64,000 nt of DNA from Amoebophrya sp. A120 (lineage: Eukaryota; Protista; Dinoflagellata): assembly GCA_905178155.1 (NCBI GenBank), contig CAJINV010000002.1:6552476-6616475 (forward strand). Reading direction: 5' to 3'. The first letter of the stretch is position 1, and each line of letters opens with the position of its first letter. Shown one piece after another: positions 33,088 through 45,747 of the stretch. The notes under the pieces were generated by a model. It did no database searches. It saw nothing but the letters and a program-made list of their open reading frames with translations, and had not been told where the DNA came from. Position numbers and translations under genes: made by a program.

Positions 33088-33619
33088 CTATCCGTGGTTT
33101 GCATCCATTCCTCGAACCCCAGCTGTTTGTATTGCCCTTCTGTTTTCTATGCGTTCTTTGGTATGCCTCCTGTTAGGGCCTTTGCATGCCAGCAATGGGG
33201 GTCCAAATTCAAAAAGACTATAAATGTCTTTTCGAATCTGGACACTTGGAATGTTTGTATTGCATACTCCTTTAACCTGGGTGAGGTCTTACAAAGTCTA
33301 CAACTTTATGTCATCATCCAATGGCTTTTTTGAATATAAAATTCTGAAGGCCTCCGTCTACATCTTTAGCTTGGTTGCTTGTTCTGTTTGTCTTTCAATT
33401 CTGTCATGCACCCCGTCCTTTCTGCAATAAAATGCCAATCATCGGTCTATGTCGGTTTTGATTCTGTCATTCTTGTGCGCGTGCCATTTCTGGTTTTTTC
33501 CTCTCGGTTCTTTCTTTCCCTGCTCCGCATTCATGAGAGAGTTAGAGTTTTCGAATTTGACATCGTTTTGCTATCTAGACCTCCTATGTATCTGCATCGC
33601 CTCGTCATCGTTTTCTCGT

Positions 33620-33900
33620 AGCCGCATTACAAATATATTTTTTATCTCCATCTCATCGATCACGACGTCAATCTCGGTTTTTTGTTATTTTTAGCATTAC
33701 AAATGATCTATAGAGCTATATTATCGATCTCGACGCTCTCATCGGTTTTTTGTTCGTTCTAGCATTACAAATGATCAGTAGCTCTCATTTTTCGATCTCG
33801 ACGTTCTTTGCTCGCTATTTCTGCACAAATATAGGTTTTGCTAGATCTACCATATCGATCATGTTCGAAATCGATCTCGTTCTCGTACCTTGGTCGCTAT
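33620..33900 (+). repeat. Degenerate ~68-70-bp tandem repeat (3-4 copies) downstream of the RT
   Basis: gcattacaaat...tcgatc(a/t)cgacg...tcggttttttgtt starting at 33624, 33694 and 33762. Confidence 0.75.
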
Positions 33901-34429
33901 CGATCTCGTTTTTCGTGCCCCGAGTGAGCTTCTCCTTGCCTTCTCCCTCCTATTCCCAATTTCCTTTCTTTAAGCACGTTGTTTTCGTGGTTTTATGGTC
34001 GGTGAACCGGTACCCCTGTCCGCCATAAATATCTATGACACGTCAACAAGCGAGCACTCCCACACACTATCTCTTTCCTCTGCTTCATAGGGCAGCGAGA
34101 CTGTGTATGGTGAGACGGCAGGGGCTGAAGTGCTTCCTCTTTTTCGGTCACGAGTGAGTTTCGGTGCGTGTTTTTGTGTTGCGAGTGAACCTGAGCTGTC
34201 CAAATCTCTGTTTCTGTTCTCATGCAAAAAGGCCATTTGCATGCGTCAAAAAATTCAAACTTACTGTCATTGCGGAAATTTCTAGATGCAACTGGATGTT
34301 CCTTTGCCGCTGTATTAAGCGAGAAAATGTACTGACAGCATCGAAATTTCTATGTGATTGATAAATGCAAGATTGCCAAGTATAACACACTTTTTTACTA
34401 CCTGTGAAAATAAATAGATTTGCAAAAAA

Positions 34430-37400
34430 ATGTCACACTTCCTCTTTTTTGGAAAAGGAAAAGCCGCGTTCATCCGGACGCTCCTTGCAGTGGTATCGAC
34501 TACTGCGTCTACTTCGTTTTTCGCCTCCGGTCTAGAATTGAAACGCCTCACCACCACAAAAGCCCCGGCGAAGGCGCTACGGGGTGTGGATGGCTCTGGT
34601 GTTGTTGCAGGACTGCATGATCGTGGTGTTGTAGGTTCGCAGGCTGGTGGTCTTGTCCACGACGAGAACCCGGAGAACCGAGGAGCGGGCCAACGATCAC
34701 AAGACCAAGATGACCTCGACACAACGGCGCAGAGTTACTCACCGCAGAGAAAAAGGCCAACTGTACTAGCACCGTCTCAAGAAGAACGCCCTCCTCTACC
34801 AGTGGGGCTATTGCCTGCCGAGAGGGTCACTCTTGTGCCAGAAAGTTCTCGTGAAGACCGATCTAATGCCCCTCAGCCTGTATCACCAGGTCAAGGAGAG
34901 CATCCCCAAGGAAAGCTCGAACATCTGGCACAGTCCGCAGATCATCATCATGAAAGTCTTCCGAGGATCCGGGCAGCTGGTTTGCAGAAGCAGCAGCCAG
35001 ACCGAAATAAAGGGAAAGCAGCGGTTTCTGTTGATGGATTTCCCGAGGAACTGCAAGAGGAACCGTTTTTGGTCCCCACCGTAGTTCCTCCCTCAGCCAG
35101 TTCCGCCACCTCGAGCACCGGAAGTTTTTCCTCCACGCCCGCGCCCACGGTTTCCCAGGACGCGGCGCAACTGAATATCGATCATTTGGTGCTTCCTGCT
35201 GGTACACTTACAACCCCGCCTGAGCAATTCGTGGACGATTTTGTGGGCGACGGAGCTCATGACTCGAGGAGTCGTGGTTGGTCAGTCATGCAGCTAGAGG
35301 CAGCCAGGGGAAGGGGATCACCTACAGCAACTTTACCGTTACGACCTCGACATCATCTTGTCCCCGCAACAAGCGCTCTGTCGCTTTCCGAGTCGTTAGC
35401 TTCCTCTAGTACAGATCGAGCCACGTTTGGCCTTGGCGGAACAAGCAGAATTCATGTCCCCGAGACCACGAGGGCAAACAACTGGGCGGTGCTGAGTTAT
35501 GCACGCGGCCCTGCTCCGGCCTCTCCTGTAATCCCACCCCCACGAGTTGTACCGCCGGAGATCGCTACAGTAGAAGAGCGCGATTGGTCCAAACTTAGGT
35601 CGCGCGAGTCTGAATTTTCCGGCAAGGGATTATATGGGCAAGCGAGCAGTCGTGAGGCCGCTGAAGAGTTTGCAGCGGCGGGAAAGCAACGATATCCTGC
35701 GCAAAAGAAAAAGGACGTGTCTTCACCAAAAGCAAAACTCTGGAAGCAGCGCCCTTCCGTTCGTAAAGACACAAAGCAAAGCCAAAGTACACACAGTGAC
35801 GCAAAAGACACTTCTCCACGACCGGTTCTCCCGAGGCCCCAAAGTTTCGCGGAGGGACAGCTGTTGAAAACGCAGCCGTGTATCCCAATGAAAAATCCCA
35901 CCTCCCCATATCAAAAGGAAGTTTCTGATGCTGGATTTGCGTATACAAATCAGGTTTGTCTTGCTGTAGAGGACTGCAGGCTCCTGCCAAGCCTGAGTAG
36001 AGAGCTTTTGGCCTAGGCGCTTAGCATGAGAAACGACTATGCTGTAGGTCCAACAGCATCACAAACCGCCTGCATAATGCGGCAGAGCTTGCGGAGTTGT
36101 CTTCTTGCAAGACAGACGTGATTTGTGGTCTCAAAGCAGCAAGACAAAATAGCGGGGTCATGCCTTTTCGATATGGGGAGGGGGGATTTTTCCTCTCAAT
36201 ACCGTGTGTACGGTTTTTCCAGACGGGCGCGTGCCAATGGGGAAAGCACTGCAATTTCTACCACACGATTGATGAAAAGAAGCCCCCGGTCGACCTGCGC
36301 AAAACGAGACTCTGTCCCACCGTCTGCGACGGCAAATTTCGCGAGGGCAAGTACCCGGCTGGGTTTTGGTGTCCGGGGGCGGCGACGTGTCCCTACGCGC
36401 ACAGCGAGAAGGAGTTGCGACTGGATCCCATGGTCTACAAATCAAAAAGGTGCTTGTTTTACGCCCGTGGGCATTGCCGGAAGGGGGCAAACTGTACCCA
36501 CTATCACTCGGAGACGGAGCGAATACACTACGAACACAAAAGACAGGACATGCTTCGGGAGAAGGCCGCACAAAAGATGCAGCATGACTTTTTGGATGGT
36601 GCACGACCTGGAACGGCTGCTGGAGGTGCTTCAGCTGGTTTTTCATTCTCGCCCCCCGCAGCTCCGTCGGAAGAAGAGCGCGGCCGTCGGATGGATACCG
36701 GAGTTACTGCTTCTGCTGCGTCGTCGCGTTGGGACGGCGGCGGAAAGATGGGCTTTGCAAATCAGTTTGGTTCCGGCACTTCCGCTGTTTCTGCAGCACC
36801 TGCGACTGAAGGGCTCCAAGGTATTCTGGTGGGGCCATCAGCAGCTTCGTCGTCCAGCTCTTCCGCTACTTACTTTGAGCCATTGCATTCGAGCTCGGCG
36901 CCAGCAACAGCATCAGCACCTTACAGTCACCGCTCACTGCCACCCGGCCTGGACTTTTGCTTTCCCGCCACTGCCCGTCCGTCCTACTCCGTCACGACCT
37001 TGCCTCGCGACATCGTCGGGTTTTGTGAGAATATGCGGAAATATAGCGAAGCTCAAGACCAGGGGCAACACCGAGAACCGGCGAAGAGTTCAGGCCTTCG
37101 TCCCCCAAGCTGCTCCGCGCTGCCTTCCACGCACTTATCAGAAATTCCGCCTCAAGGAGTAGATCAACAACGTGAATCGCACCCGGCGACAGTGACAGAA
37201 AATACACCAGCAACTCCTGCTGTGGATCTCGATTTTTGTTCGCAACAGGTCGAGCTACGCACAGCCACAAGCGGTTTTTCCAGCGGCGATTCGAGCATCG
37301 GAAAATCCAGTGGCGAAAAGTCTTCCTGTGAGTGTAGTAGCTCGAGCGAGGAGCAATTTTTTTGGACCCCGGAGGGACAAGACAACGCAGCTGCGGGGAC

Positions 37401-38115
37401 GGAAGATGATGGAGAAGTTATGACCGCAGCAATGCATCAACTAGCGATTGCTCATTTCGACTTCGGGCACCAGGTTTTAGCGCAGGAGCAGGCATTATAT
37501 CAAGATGTCGACATGGATAAAGAAGAACATCGACCGAGGACCGCGTTTTCATCCCCCGAGGCGAAGACGTGCCTTGTGGTCGACTGTAAAGACGATGAAT
37601 CGAAATCGCAGCCATGGACATGCGCTGCGTTAGTCAAGGAGGAAGATGAAGGGCGTACACAGGCTTGGCCCATCAAAACAAGTAGCACCAAGTCAGGGCG
37701 GAATAAGATGAGCACGCCGTTGTTGGCGAACGCTAGCAGCAGTAAGAGCACACCCATAATGCCGAAAGCGCTAGCTGCGGCCACTGAAGCTCTTCGCTTC
37801 GCGTCGAATCTTTCACAGGCGATCCTTTCTTCAGAAGGAGCAGCAGGAAGTTCTCCTTCTGTTCCTGCAGATTCGATGCGCGGGTGTGGCTGCACGGTTC
37901 CGGGGGAGAAGAGGAGCACCACGTTTGAAACGGAACCTGTGTACTTGCGGGGTATCAAAATGGAAGAAATAATTTCTTCACTCATGGCTCGCTCCTGCAC
38001 AACAGCAACATGTGATGTGTGTCGATGTTTTTTGATGGCTTCAAAAGGCAAATTGTGTAGAGAGGTTATGGTCTTCCCCGAGTGCGCTTCCCGTTTTCTT
38101 GATGCGGTAGGTTAG
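34430..38115 (+). CDS. Tandem CCCH zinc-finger protein (3 fingers), split by one introner
   Basis: Removing 35881-36206 joins ORFs 34430 and 36097 to give LLKTQPCVRFFQTGACQWGKHCNFYH, followed by RKTRLC...CPYAH and YKSKRCLFYARGHCRKGANCTHYH. Confidence 0.85.
35881..36201. mobile_element. TAT...ATA introner (321 bp), 5-bp TSD ccgtg
   Basis: tatcccaatgaaaaatcccacctccccatatcaaaagg / ccttttcgatatggggaggggggatttttcctctcaata; ccgtg at 35876-35880 and 36202-36206. Confidence 0.92.
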
Positions 38116-38299
38116 GATGCGTGGCAAAACAAAAACGACATCATATTAATATGTATCGCCATGATGAATTACTGATTCATCATTAGCCTCTCTAATTCAG
38201 AATTAGAGAGGCGAAAACGCTGGTTGCTCCTGTGGTGAAGATTCGTTCAGTTTTCGTTGCATAGCATTCGCCTCACTCCCTCCATATCCAGCTCCGTTT

Positions 38300-39664
38300 G
38301 TGTTAGGCTCTTCTCCTGTAGTTGCGGGTCCAGATGTGATCGAAGCTCGTGAAGATCGCCCACTATTGCGTCACTTCACTCAGTTTCACACTTCCTCTCT
38401 ACCACCGCATCTTGGGCGCCAACCACATGCGGCAAACAACCTGCAGCAACCGTTGCGTCCGAAATTTGATTTGCGGTTGGAAAATTTCTTGCAAGGTGAC
38501 GGGCGGGAGGATCTTGTTGATACATCTATGCAGAATTGTCGGGATGGAGTGAAGCAACGAAACGTCGCTGTAGCTGCTTCCGCGGCGTCATCTTCTGCCT
38601 CCGGCATGATTACCAGCGTACCACCACCTGGTCACATGTCCAAGTCTGCGACTCCGAAGAAGAAACAGAATCCGAATTCCCGGCAAAATAGGCACGCCTC
38701 TCCCGATCAGCAATTAGAAACAAAGGAGGTGAACGCAGTAGGAGCATTCGCAGGACCTTTGCTTCTGCATTCACATCTAGCTGCTGCGGAGGCACCTGCA
38801 CTTTATAATGCCGCGCAACAACCACTATCTCAGCACTCGCCTCCTCGGCAACAGAGCCCTGCGTGTAGCAGTCTCGGGAGAGAGTTGGTCAGTAGAAACC
38901 ACCGATTTGAACAAGATGGGAGAGAACACCATGGACAAGCCGCAGCCGCCGTCGACGCATCTTCATCAAGTTCGGTCATTGCGAATCAGAAAAAGTCCTC
39001 TGACGCCAGCAGTACTATCAGCGTCCCTGAAAAACAACTTTGGAAAACGAAGTACTGCGAGCCGCATTTGTGCCAGTTCCGGGACAACCCGAGCGAAGCT
39101 GCAAGATGTTGCCCCTACGCGCACTCTAGAGAGGAGCTGCGGCCGCGGCCGGATTTCCGGAAGACGTCGTTGTGTGCGACGTTCGCGAAAAGTGGGTCGT
39201 GCAAGAACGGGTTGAAGTGCAGATACGCGCATTCTGCGGAGGAAAGAGCGCAGTATTTGAATGCGGATTTGAGGGGGACGAAGATTTGCGAGTTTTACGC
39301 GACGTTGGGCCGGTGCAAACACGGGAAGAATTGTATGCGATGAAACCAACGTATCGGTCAGCGTCACTCAAACGACATAAGTAAGTAGTGTTTTCAGGCA
39401 AACACTCACCGAGCACTTAATTTTTTCCCGTGCATCTTGGATAATAAATCTTGCTGCGGAGCCCGAAAACTTTCTAGAAGTGTGCCGCAGGCCCAGGCGA
39501 ATAAGAGCCAGAGCGATAGAAGTAGAGTCCAATGAAGGTTGAAAGATTGAATCCAAGTTTGCAGACGGCGCTGACAAGATTGCAAAGGCTTCATAACTTG
39601 CTCGCACTCACACATTTCAAAGGAGAAGTTTCGGTGTGCGATCTGGCTAAACGCTGATGCCTAA
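38300..39664 (+). CDS. Second tandem CCCH zinc-finger protein (ends uncertain; could be further exons of the previous gene)
   Basis: WKTKYC...CPYAH, RKTSLC...CRYAH and RGTKICEFYATLGRCKHGKNC. The last finger is completed (C-SHS-H) only if 39334-39600 is removed. Confidence 0.75.
39334..39595. mobile_element. Probable degenerate TAT...ATA introner (262 bp)
   Basis: tatg...cata termini; flanks aattg / acttg (1 mismatch); removal completes a CCCH finger. The TIR itself is weak. Confidence 0.6.
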
Positions 39665-41141
39665 AAATTAGCCAAGTACCGGAAGCAAGGAAGCGTAAAC
39701 GGCGAGCTGTGCACGAATGCGGTTTGAGGAGAACAAAGCCGCTACCTTTGTATCGTTTGTCTTACTAGTATGCGACGCATATCTATGTTTAGTCAATTGC
39801 CTAGACCTATGACGGAGACGATGGCGTCAGCAGTAGGTCAAGTCCGCCATTGCCCCAATGAGCGAAAATGTTTCGCCTTTTTTACTCGATGCAGTTGAGC
39901 AGGGAAGCTAAAATCTGATTTCCATGCATACCCTTCTGAGACAGGGATGTTTGGGGGTTGGGAAGTTTAAGGCATAATTGCCCATCCTTATCAGACCGTG
40001 AACGTGATGGGCGATCTACTTTCGGGAGATTCCGGCAAATAGGAATGTATGTACCATCGCTTTACCTGACGCGCTTTTTAGATTAGCTGTAAAACAGTAG
40101 GCATTACTGCACTAGACGTAGAGATAACAGCTTGAGGCTACACTACTCAGCATGAGATGCTGTTCCCCAGCCGAGCGGTCCTGGGCAGATTTCTCTCACG
40201 GAGTCGCAGCCGTTGCTACGATTGAAACTGGTATCGATGAAGTGTTGTAATGCCTTATAGCCATTCATTGGTACGCTCAGGTGGGACCGCGGACATTTGC
40301 GCTGAGGATTGTTGAAAATTAGCAAATTTGTGTGTAGTAAGGCCCTCCCCGCTTGGTTCGAGTGATCGTGATCCAACTAGCTCGTTCCCGGTTGCGACAG
40401 CCACTCCTGCGTGTGCGTGCTGTTTCTTTGTCACAAAAGCGCGCGTGGTGTCTTTTTGCTACTTTGTATGGATTCGCCAGCATTGTTTGGCCTTGGCGTC
40501 GGCTGTCGTTGGTGCAAACGCTTACTCGCTTGAAAGTCGGTTGCTGGTTAGAGGGAAACTTCGTTTACGAATGCTTCAGCTGCATGGGAGAGATACGAAT
40601 ACATGCGCGAGGTAGTGCCGGGGTAGTGACTTCTAGTCATCGAACTCGAAGCAGTTTACATAAATATGTTTATTACAACATCAACTTCTACTTGCTCTTG
40701 CACGAGAGATCGATATCACGAGGCCACGGTCACGACGCTCTTTGAACTTGCCCTTCGTCCTGCATACAAAAACATTTGTGCGCGTTGGGTCTTGATGGTG
40801 AAAATGTCGCTCGCTTGCTTCAGTGTTGCTTGGAGCAAAAAGGAAAATAAATCTTATCGAGATATTTCTTGGTGTGATTCGAGGCGAAGGATTCGATAAG
40901 ACAGAAATATGTCATACACATTCATTCTTTGTATTCCTTCCTCTCCTTGAGCATCGGGATCAAATATAATTCCTGGTAGCAGGAGGCGTAGGTGCTCGAC
41001 AGACCCAGAGGCAGGAGAGTTTTTGATTGGCCAGTGGTCGTTTCTATCTTTAGTGGCATCAGTAAACAAGCATGAGGTTCTTGACTGGAGAGGAAGTAGC
41101 GATGGCACTCTCGTGAAAATCCTCTCCGCAATCATATTTAG

Positions 41142-43043
41142 ATGGTGAAATCAGCACTCGCAGCTGTGCCGGCGTCTCCGCCAGAGGGTTTGACGCCGAA
41201 GGATGAACAAAACGGTGAGCAAGAGCTTGCGCTACTTGAAGCGCCGGCATCGGAGCTCGCGCTAGAACAGGTAACCGCCGCAGTTGTGAAACATGACGAC
41301 GAATGGAAAGACGGTGCAACGAAATTACTGGAAGATCATCTGGACAATTACAAGAATGACAATGAGAGGGCGGAGTACGAGAAAGTTTTTTTGCACCAGC
41401 TTCGAGTGCCGCATACTATCGAGGAGACGTTAAGAACAGTGCCATTATGGGCAGACTTGCTCGTGAACTACTTACCCGCGGCTATAGCCATTTCAGGAGT
41501 CAACCACTTTGACCCGGGCCACTCCGAAAAACGACGAATTGCAGAAGGCAGGAGGGAGACCAAGCAACAGGCCCAACAGGGCGTCGACGCAAAAAACAGA
41601 CTCCGGGGCAAGTTAGGAAAAGGCCAGAACGAGCAGGACGTAGCGACCCGAAACGCCGGGCCCGGAGCACAATACGCATTGGCCATGATCGAGGCGACCC
41701 GAAACCACGTGAAACGACTACTGACGGTAGAAGAGCAAGACGCGGCCGGGGCGAGGCACACGCTGGGGTACTTCAATCTCGATTCTCCCGCAGGCTCAGA
41801 TCGAATCGAGGAAGAGATGGACATTATATTCGACAGGATAATCTACTTTTACTACACACCGATGACGGAAGGTCTCGTTTTGAAGTTTGTGACGGAGGAA
41901 AGCAAGCAGTTCCAGTTCGGCAACAATAACTGGATCGATGTCAAAGGAAAATTAGATTTCGACTCGAACGGTAAACCGAAAGACAAACAGACGCTCATGT
42001 ATGGTGCGGAGTTTCTACAGCAATTTGGTCGACGACAGGAGATGATAGGGGATGAAAAAACGGGCGAGAGGAGACAGCAAATCATCAACAGCTGCCGGAG
42101 AAAATATTCGGGAGCAGGTGGACCTAAATCTCGTGTTGACCTCGTTCAAGACCTTTACTCGTCAGTAGAGGCCGGCCTAGTTGCGATGTGGAATTTGCAG
42201 CAGCAGTTTCCCAGCTACGGAGACCCGACGATGATTCATGAAAACGCGCTGAAGATTGTGAAAAATGACCCGGACTCTGGACACCTCATGCAATTCGAAA
42301 AGAAGCTCTGGCCCAAGATCAACACGCTTTTCAAACACGTGAACATGTTGCTGTACATTGGAAAGACCGAAGAGGAGTTGCTCGCTGTGATAAAGGAGGT
42401 GAAGGAAGATAGGAGAAATGAACTAAACCGGCTAGAGGGAGAGGCAGAGAGGAAGCGACGATCGGGACGAAACCGCCGCGCACAAGTAGACCCATTCCAG
42501 AAGAAGCAACTGTCGCAAGAAATTCGCGAAGACATCAACGACGAGTTGCTCACTAGTAGTTCGTTCGTCGAAATCACATCGCCTTCCGTCACCCTGCACA
42601 AGATCGATTCTCTGTCTGCCACACAAGGAAACCAGCTTAGCGGAACTGCAATAACTGCACAGCAAGATGAAAGGTCACCGGTACCACCAGTAGTTTCTGC
42701 GATACAGAGTGTCGAGGCAAGTTCCGTGCACCCCCAGCCATCAACAATCACTCCAGGAGTGATTGATGCCGTCGACGTAGTGCTGGGAAAGGAGGAGCCT
42801 GCGCTACCGCTCTCGGGAAGTGTTGCAAAACACGCCGAATCAACAAGAGCGGAGTCTTCAAGCCCTGTTCCGGTCTCGAGTTCCGCTGTTAGAACCCGAA
42901 CGGAAATCGACGGCACCGGCCACATCACCGGAGCAGCAGCATCGGCTGCAGGGGCTTCTGTCCCTGCACAAGCGCTAGGAGAAACGGATCTACCCAGTGG
43001 AGCAGCAGCTACGGGGCAGGTTATGGAACCGAAGAAGTCCTAA
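41142..43043 (+). CDS. Hypothetical protein (helical core, low-complexity C-terminus)
   Basis: 633-aa ATG-initiated ORF; no domain recognised. Confidence 0.7.
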   Translation: MVKSALAAVPASPPEGLTPKDEQNGEQELALLEAPASELALEQVTAAVVKHDDEWKDGATKLLEDHLDNYKNDNERAEYEKVFLHQLRVPHTIEETLRTVPLWADLLVNYLPAAIAISGVNHFDPGHSEKRRIAEGRRETKQQAQQGVDAKNRLRGKLGKGQNEQDVATRNAGPGAQYALAMIEATRNHVKRLLTVEEQDAAGARHTLGYFNLDSPAGSDRIEEEMDIIFDRIIYFYYTPMTEGLVLKFVTEESKQFQFGNNNWIDVKGKLDFDSNGKPKDKQTLMYGAEFLQQFGRRQEMIGDEKTGERRQQIINSCRRKYSGAGGPKSRVDLVQDLYSSVEAGLVAMWNLQQQFPSYGDPTMIHENALKIVKNDPDSGHLMQFEKKLWPKINTLFKHVNMLLYIGKTEEELLAVIKEVKEDRRNELNRLEGEAERKRRSGRNRRAQVDPFQKKQLSQEIREDINDELLTSSSFVEITSPSVTLHKIDSLSATQGNQLSGTAITAQQDERSPVPPVVSAIQSVEASSVHPQPSTITPGVIDAVDVVLGKEEPALPLSGSVAKHAESTRAESSSPVPVSSSAVRTRTEIDGTGHITGAAASAAGASVPAQALGETDLPSGAAATGQVMEPKKS

Positions 43044-43125
43044 TTTTGGTTTCAGTGCACCACTTCTGTACTGTGGCATAGAAATCGGCCATCTGCATCT
43101 ACAACTACGTTCGTAGGCATCGCAA

Positions 43126-45747
43126 GTGAATTGCGACTATCACGATCATGATGAGTTCTCGTCTTTGTTGCCTCGCGAAACCTTGATGAAATCATCAAAA
43201 TGTGACTTCTTTGTCCTTGCTATACTACTACTACCCTCGTCGCGATCGTCTACCAGGATAGCAGCACGCATGGAAAAAGAAAGAGCTCAGCACACAACGG
43301 GGACGGACGCAGCTGTTCTGCAGCGTCGACGTACTACGAGCATGTCGAAGTCTTTCAACCCAGACAAGCGCACCACGGACACGATTCACCCAGACCTACC
43401 ACCCCGGCAAGAAACCGCACCTCCTAGTGTTCCGCTCTACCAGCACCAGGGTTTCTTAGGCTGCATCAACTTTCTTCAAAATACCTTCAGCAGCATGGTC
43501 TTCTTCGCCAGCGGGCTTCTTTTTCACCAGAAAGAACAAAACCAGAGCGTCAACGAGCTCTTCGCGAAGATAGAGCAGCACAAAAGTTTCGCGGTTTTCG
43601 CTTTCTGTGGTATCATCGTGCTCGCTGTGATCATCTTTTCCACACTCTGCTCGGTCATCTGCCGGAACCAAGACGGGAAGAATTTCTTTTGCGGAAACAG
43701 AGGAGCAAAGCGTTGGTTGGCCGCTTGCGGACCATGGAGTCTGTGCGGAAGCAGCAGCGAAGAAAAGAGGCGCGATCGACGTGGTGAGAAGTGCACTGGT
43801 GGCCGTGGCGACGGAGAAGCAGGAGATGCAAACAGCTCCGCTGGTCGAGCAAGTGAATGTGAGAATAGTGATTGGACTAGTGATGATTCTGCGGAGGACG
43901 AAGCCATCACGTCGACGGACGAATTGGAAGTGGAAGAAAAGCGACGCCGCATACAAAAGAATGCGAATCCAAGAAGAATGGAAATAAAGAACCCGGATGA
44001 AAATGTCGAGTCCATTAATCGTTCCTCCGTGTCTCCTTGCGGACGACGATTTGCAGGCGGTCTGCGGCAACCTCTGAACAGTGGCGGGTCTTGTCGGGGA
44101 AGGAAAAGACAAGGGGAAGAACGTAAACAGGTCGGAGAAGAGAAGATCAGCAACGTTTCGCCAGATTATGGCAGTTGCAGCACAACAAAAAAGAAAGATG
44201 AGGATCCGGGCCCGCGAATTTACGACCACCACCCGATCCTGGAGTACAAGGAGTCCATCATGACGGACCCGGAATTGGGGATTTGGTACCGGAGAACCTC
44301 GTTGTTTGGGGAGGAGATCGAGGAAATCGTTTTGGATACTGGTGACAAGAACGTCGAGGACCACACGGAAGCTGGAGGGGAAGGAGAGGTAGATTTAAAG
44401 ATGAGTTTACGTATTTAATGTTTGATAATTGTTACTTCTAACTGTTCCTGTTTCTCTTCAATTTTCTCAACAATCAATCGCTTGAACAGGCCGAACACGA
44501 TAGAAATGCCACCACATCGGAACAAGGGAGGCACATGTTGGTAGTTGACGAAGAAGCAAACAACGGGAAGATGGACATGGTCCTCGACAAAGCAGTGCCC
44601 GCTACTAGTACGTCCTCCAACTCGTCCTCTTTTGTCACGCTATCAAAGCACCAGAGCATTGTGCTTCAGAAATTCGTCGCGGGTAGTGCTACTGCGTCGA
44701 AATTGAGCCAACTGGTCTTCAAGCGGCGGCAGTGCAGCACGACAGCATCGCCATTCTCGCAGCATGCCCGGAATGGAAATGGGTTGAAAATGTTGAAAAC
44801 CCTTACCGACGGCTCTTCCATTTCCCCTATTGCGAACAAGAAGCGGATTCTGATTGATCCGGAATCTTTGGAACGGTTTGTCGTCGAAAATGACGGAGAA
44901 ATACCGGGAGGAAAATTCAAATTACTGGGAAAGGTACAGACAGCTGTTTCTGTTGCATTGATTGAGAACGCTAAAAAGATACACAACAATGTACGAAAAA
45001 TTTCATTGGACCTGTAGTTGCATATGCATGAGGTTGAGGACGAGCAAGTCCACTGATTTGGTATTCGCAAGACAAAAAGAAAACCTTCCTAGGTGCTTAC
45101 CGGAAGCGACATCGGCTCCGACTTCAGCGGCAACACGGATCACGTCGCAGCCACACAAAATGTCGCCTGTTCTGACATTGCAGGCGATGCTGGCGGGCTG
45201 TGTGTTGCTACGTTTGCTGGCGACAAAAACGAGTTGAAAGACGATATGATCGAGGATGCCACGAAATGTGGGAGTGGCAGAGGTGATGAGGACGGAGCAG
45301 CGCAGGTAAGGAAGTTTTTAACAAAGTACGGGGCTACTTCAAGAGCTTGAGGATACGCAAACCCACTCCATAGACCTGATCCTGAAAATACAAGTTGTTC
45401 ATGACTGGTCTTTGTTTTATCAGGTCACCGTCGTCGTCCTCAGCGAGGAGGAGGATTTGTCCGCAGTGGAGGAAGCGCAACAAGAAAGCAGCGCGGCCGG
45501 GAGCAGGAGTTGTGATCAAGATGACTGTAATTCCGCCGCGGTGGAATTGGACACGACCATTCCGTCGTCCTCGACTTCCTCCTCGAGTACCGGCGACGAC
45601 GAGAACGGTTTCAATCCAGCAGACCTGCCCATGCAGTTCGTTCATCCCGCCCCCGTACGCGTACCCGACTCGTGCTGCAGCGTCTTTATTCCATCGTCTG
45701 CTACCATCGATGATGGTTCTCTACCAAACGTGGACTCACCCGTGTAA
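43126..45747 (+). CDS. Hypothetical membrane protein, 4 exons with canonical GT-AG introns
   Basis: Hydrophobic segment FAVFAFCGIIVLAVIIFSTLCSVIC. Introns 44389-44489, 44934-45092 and 45306-45423 join ORFs 43126, 44535, 45093 and 45412 in frame. Confidence 0.65.

Noticed and set aside
33088-33333. In-frame continuation after the RT stop (readthrough or C-terminal nuclease)
   Set aside because: The stop is TAA, not a selenocysteine-type TGA; there is no nuclease motif; and the RT ends about where N-terminal-EN PLE proteins normally end.
39670-41140. Short ORFs in the 1.5-kb gap before 41142
   Set aside because: No coherent frame, motif or repeat structure that I could support; no rRNA or tRNA gene was recognised here or elsewhere in the window.
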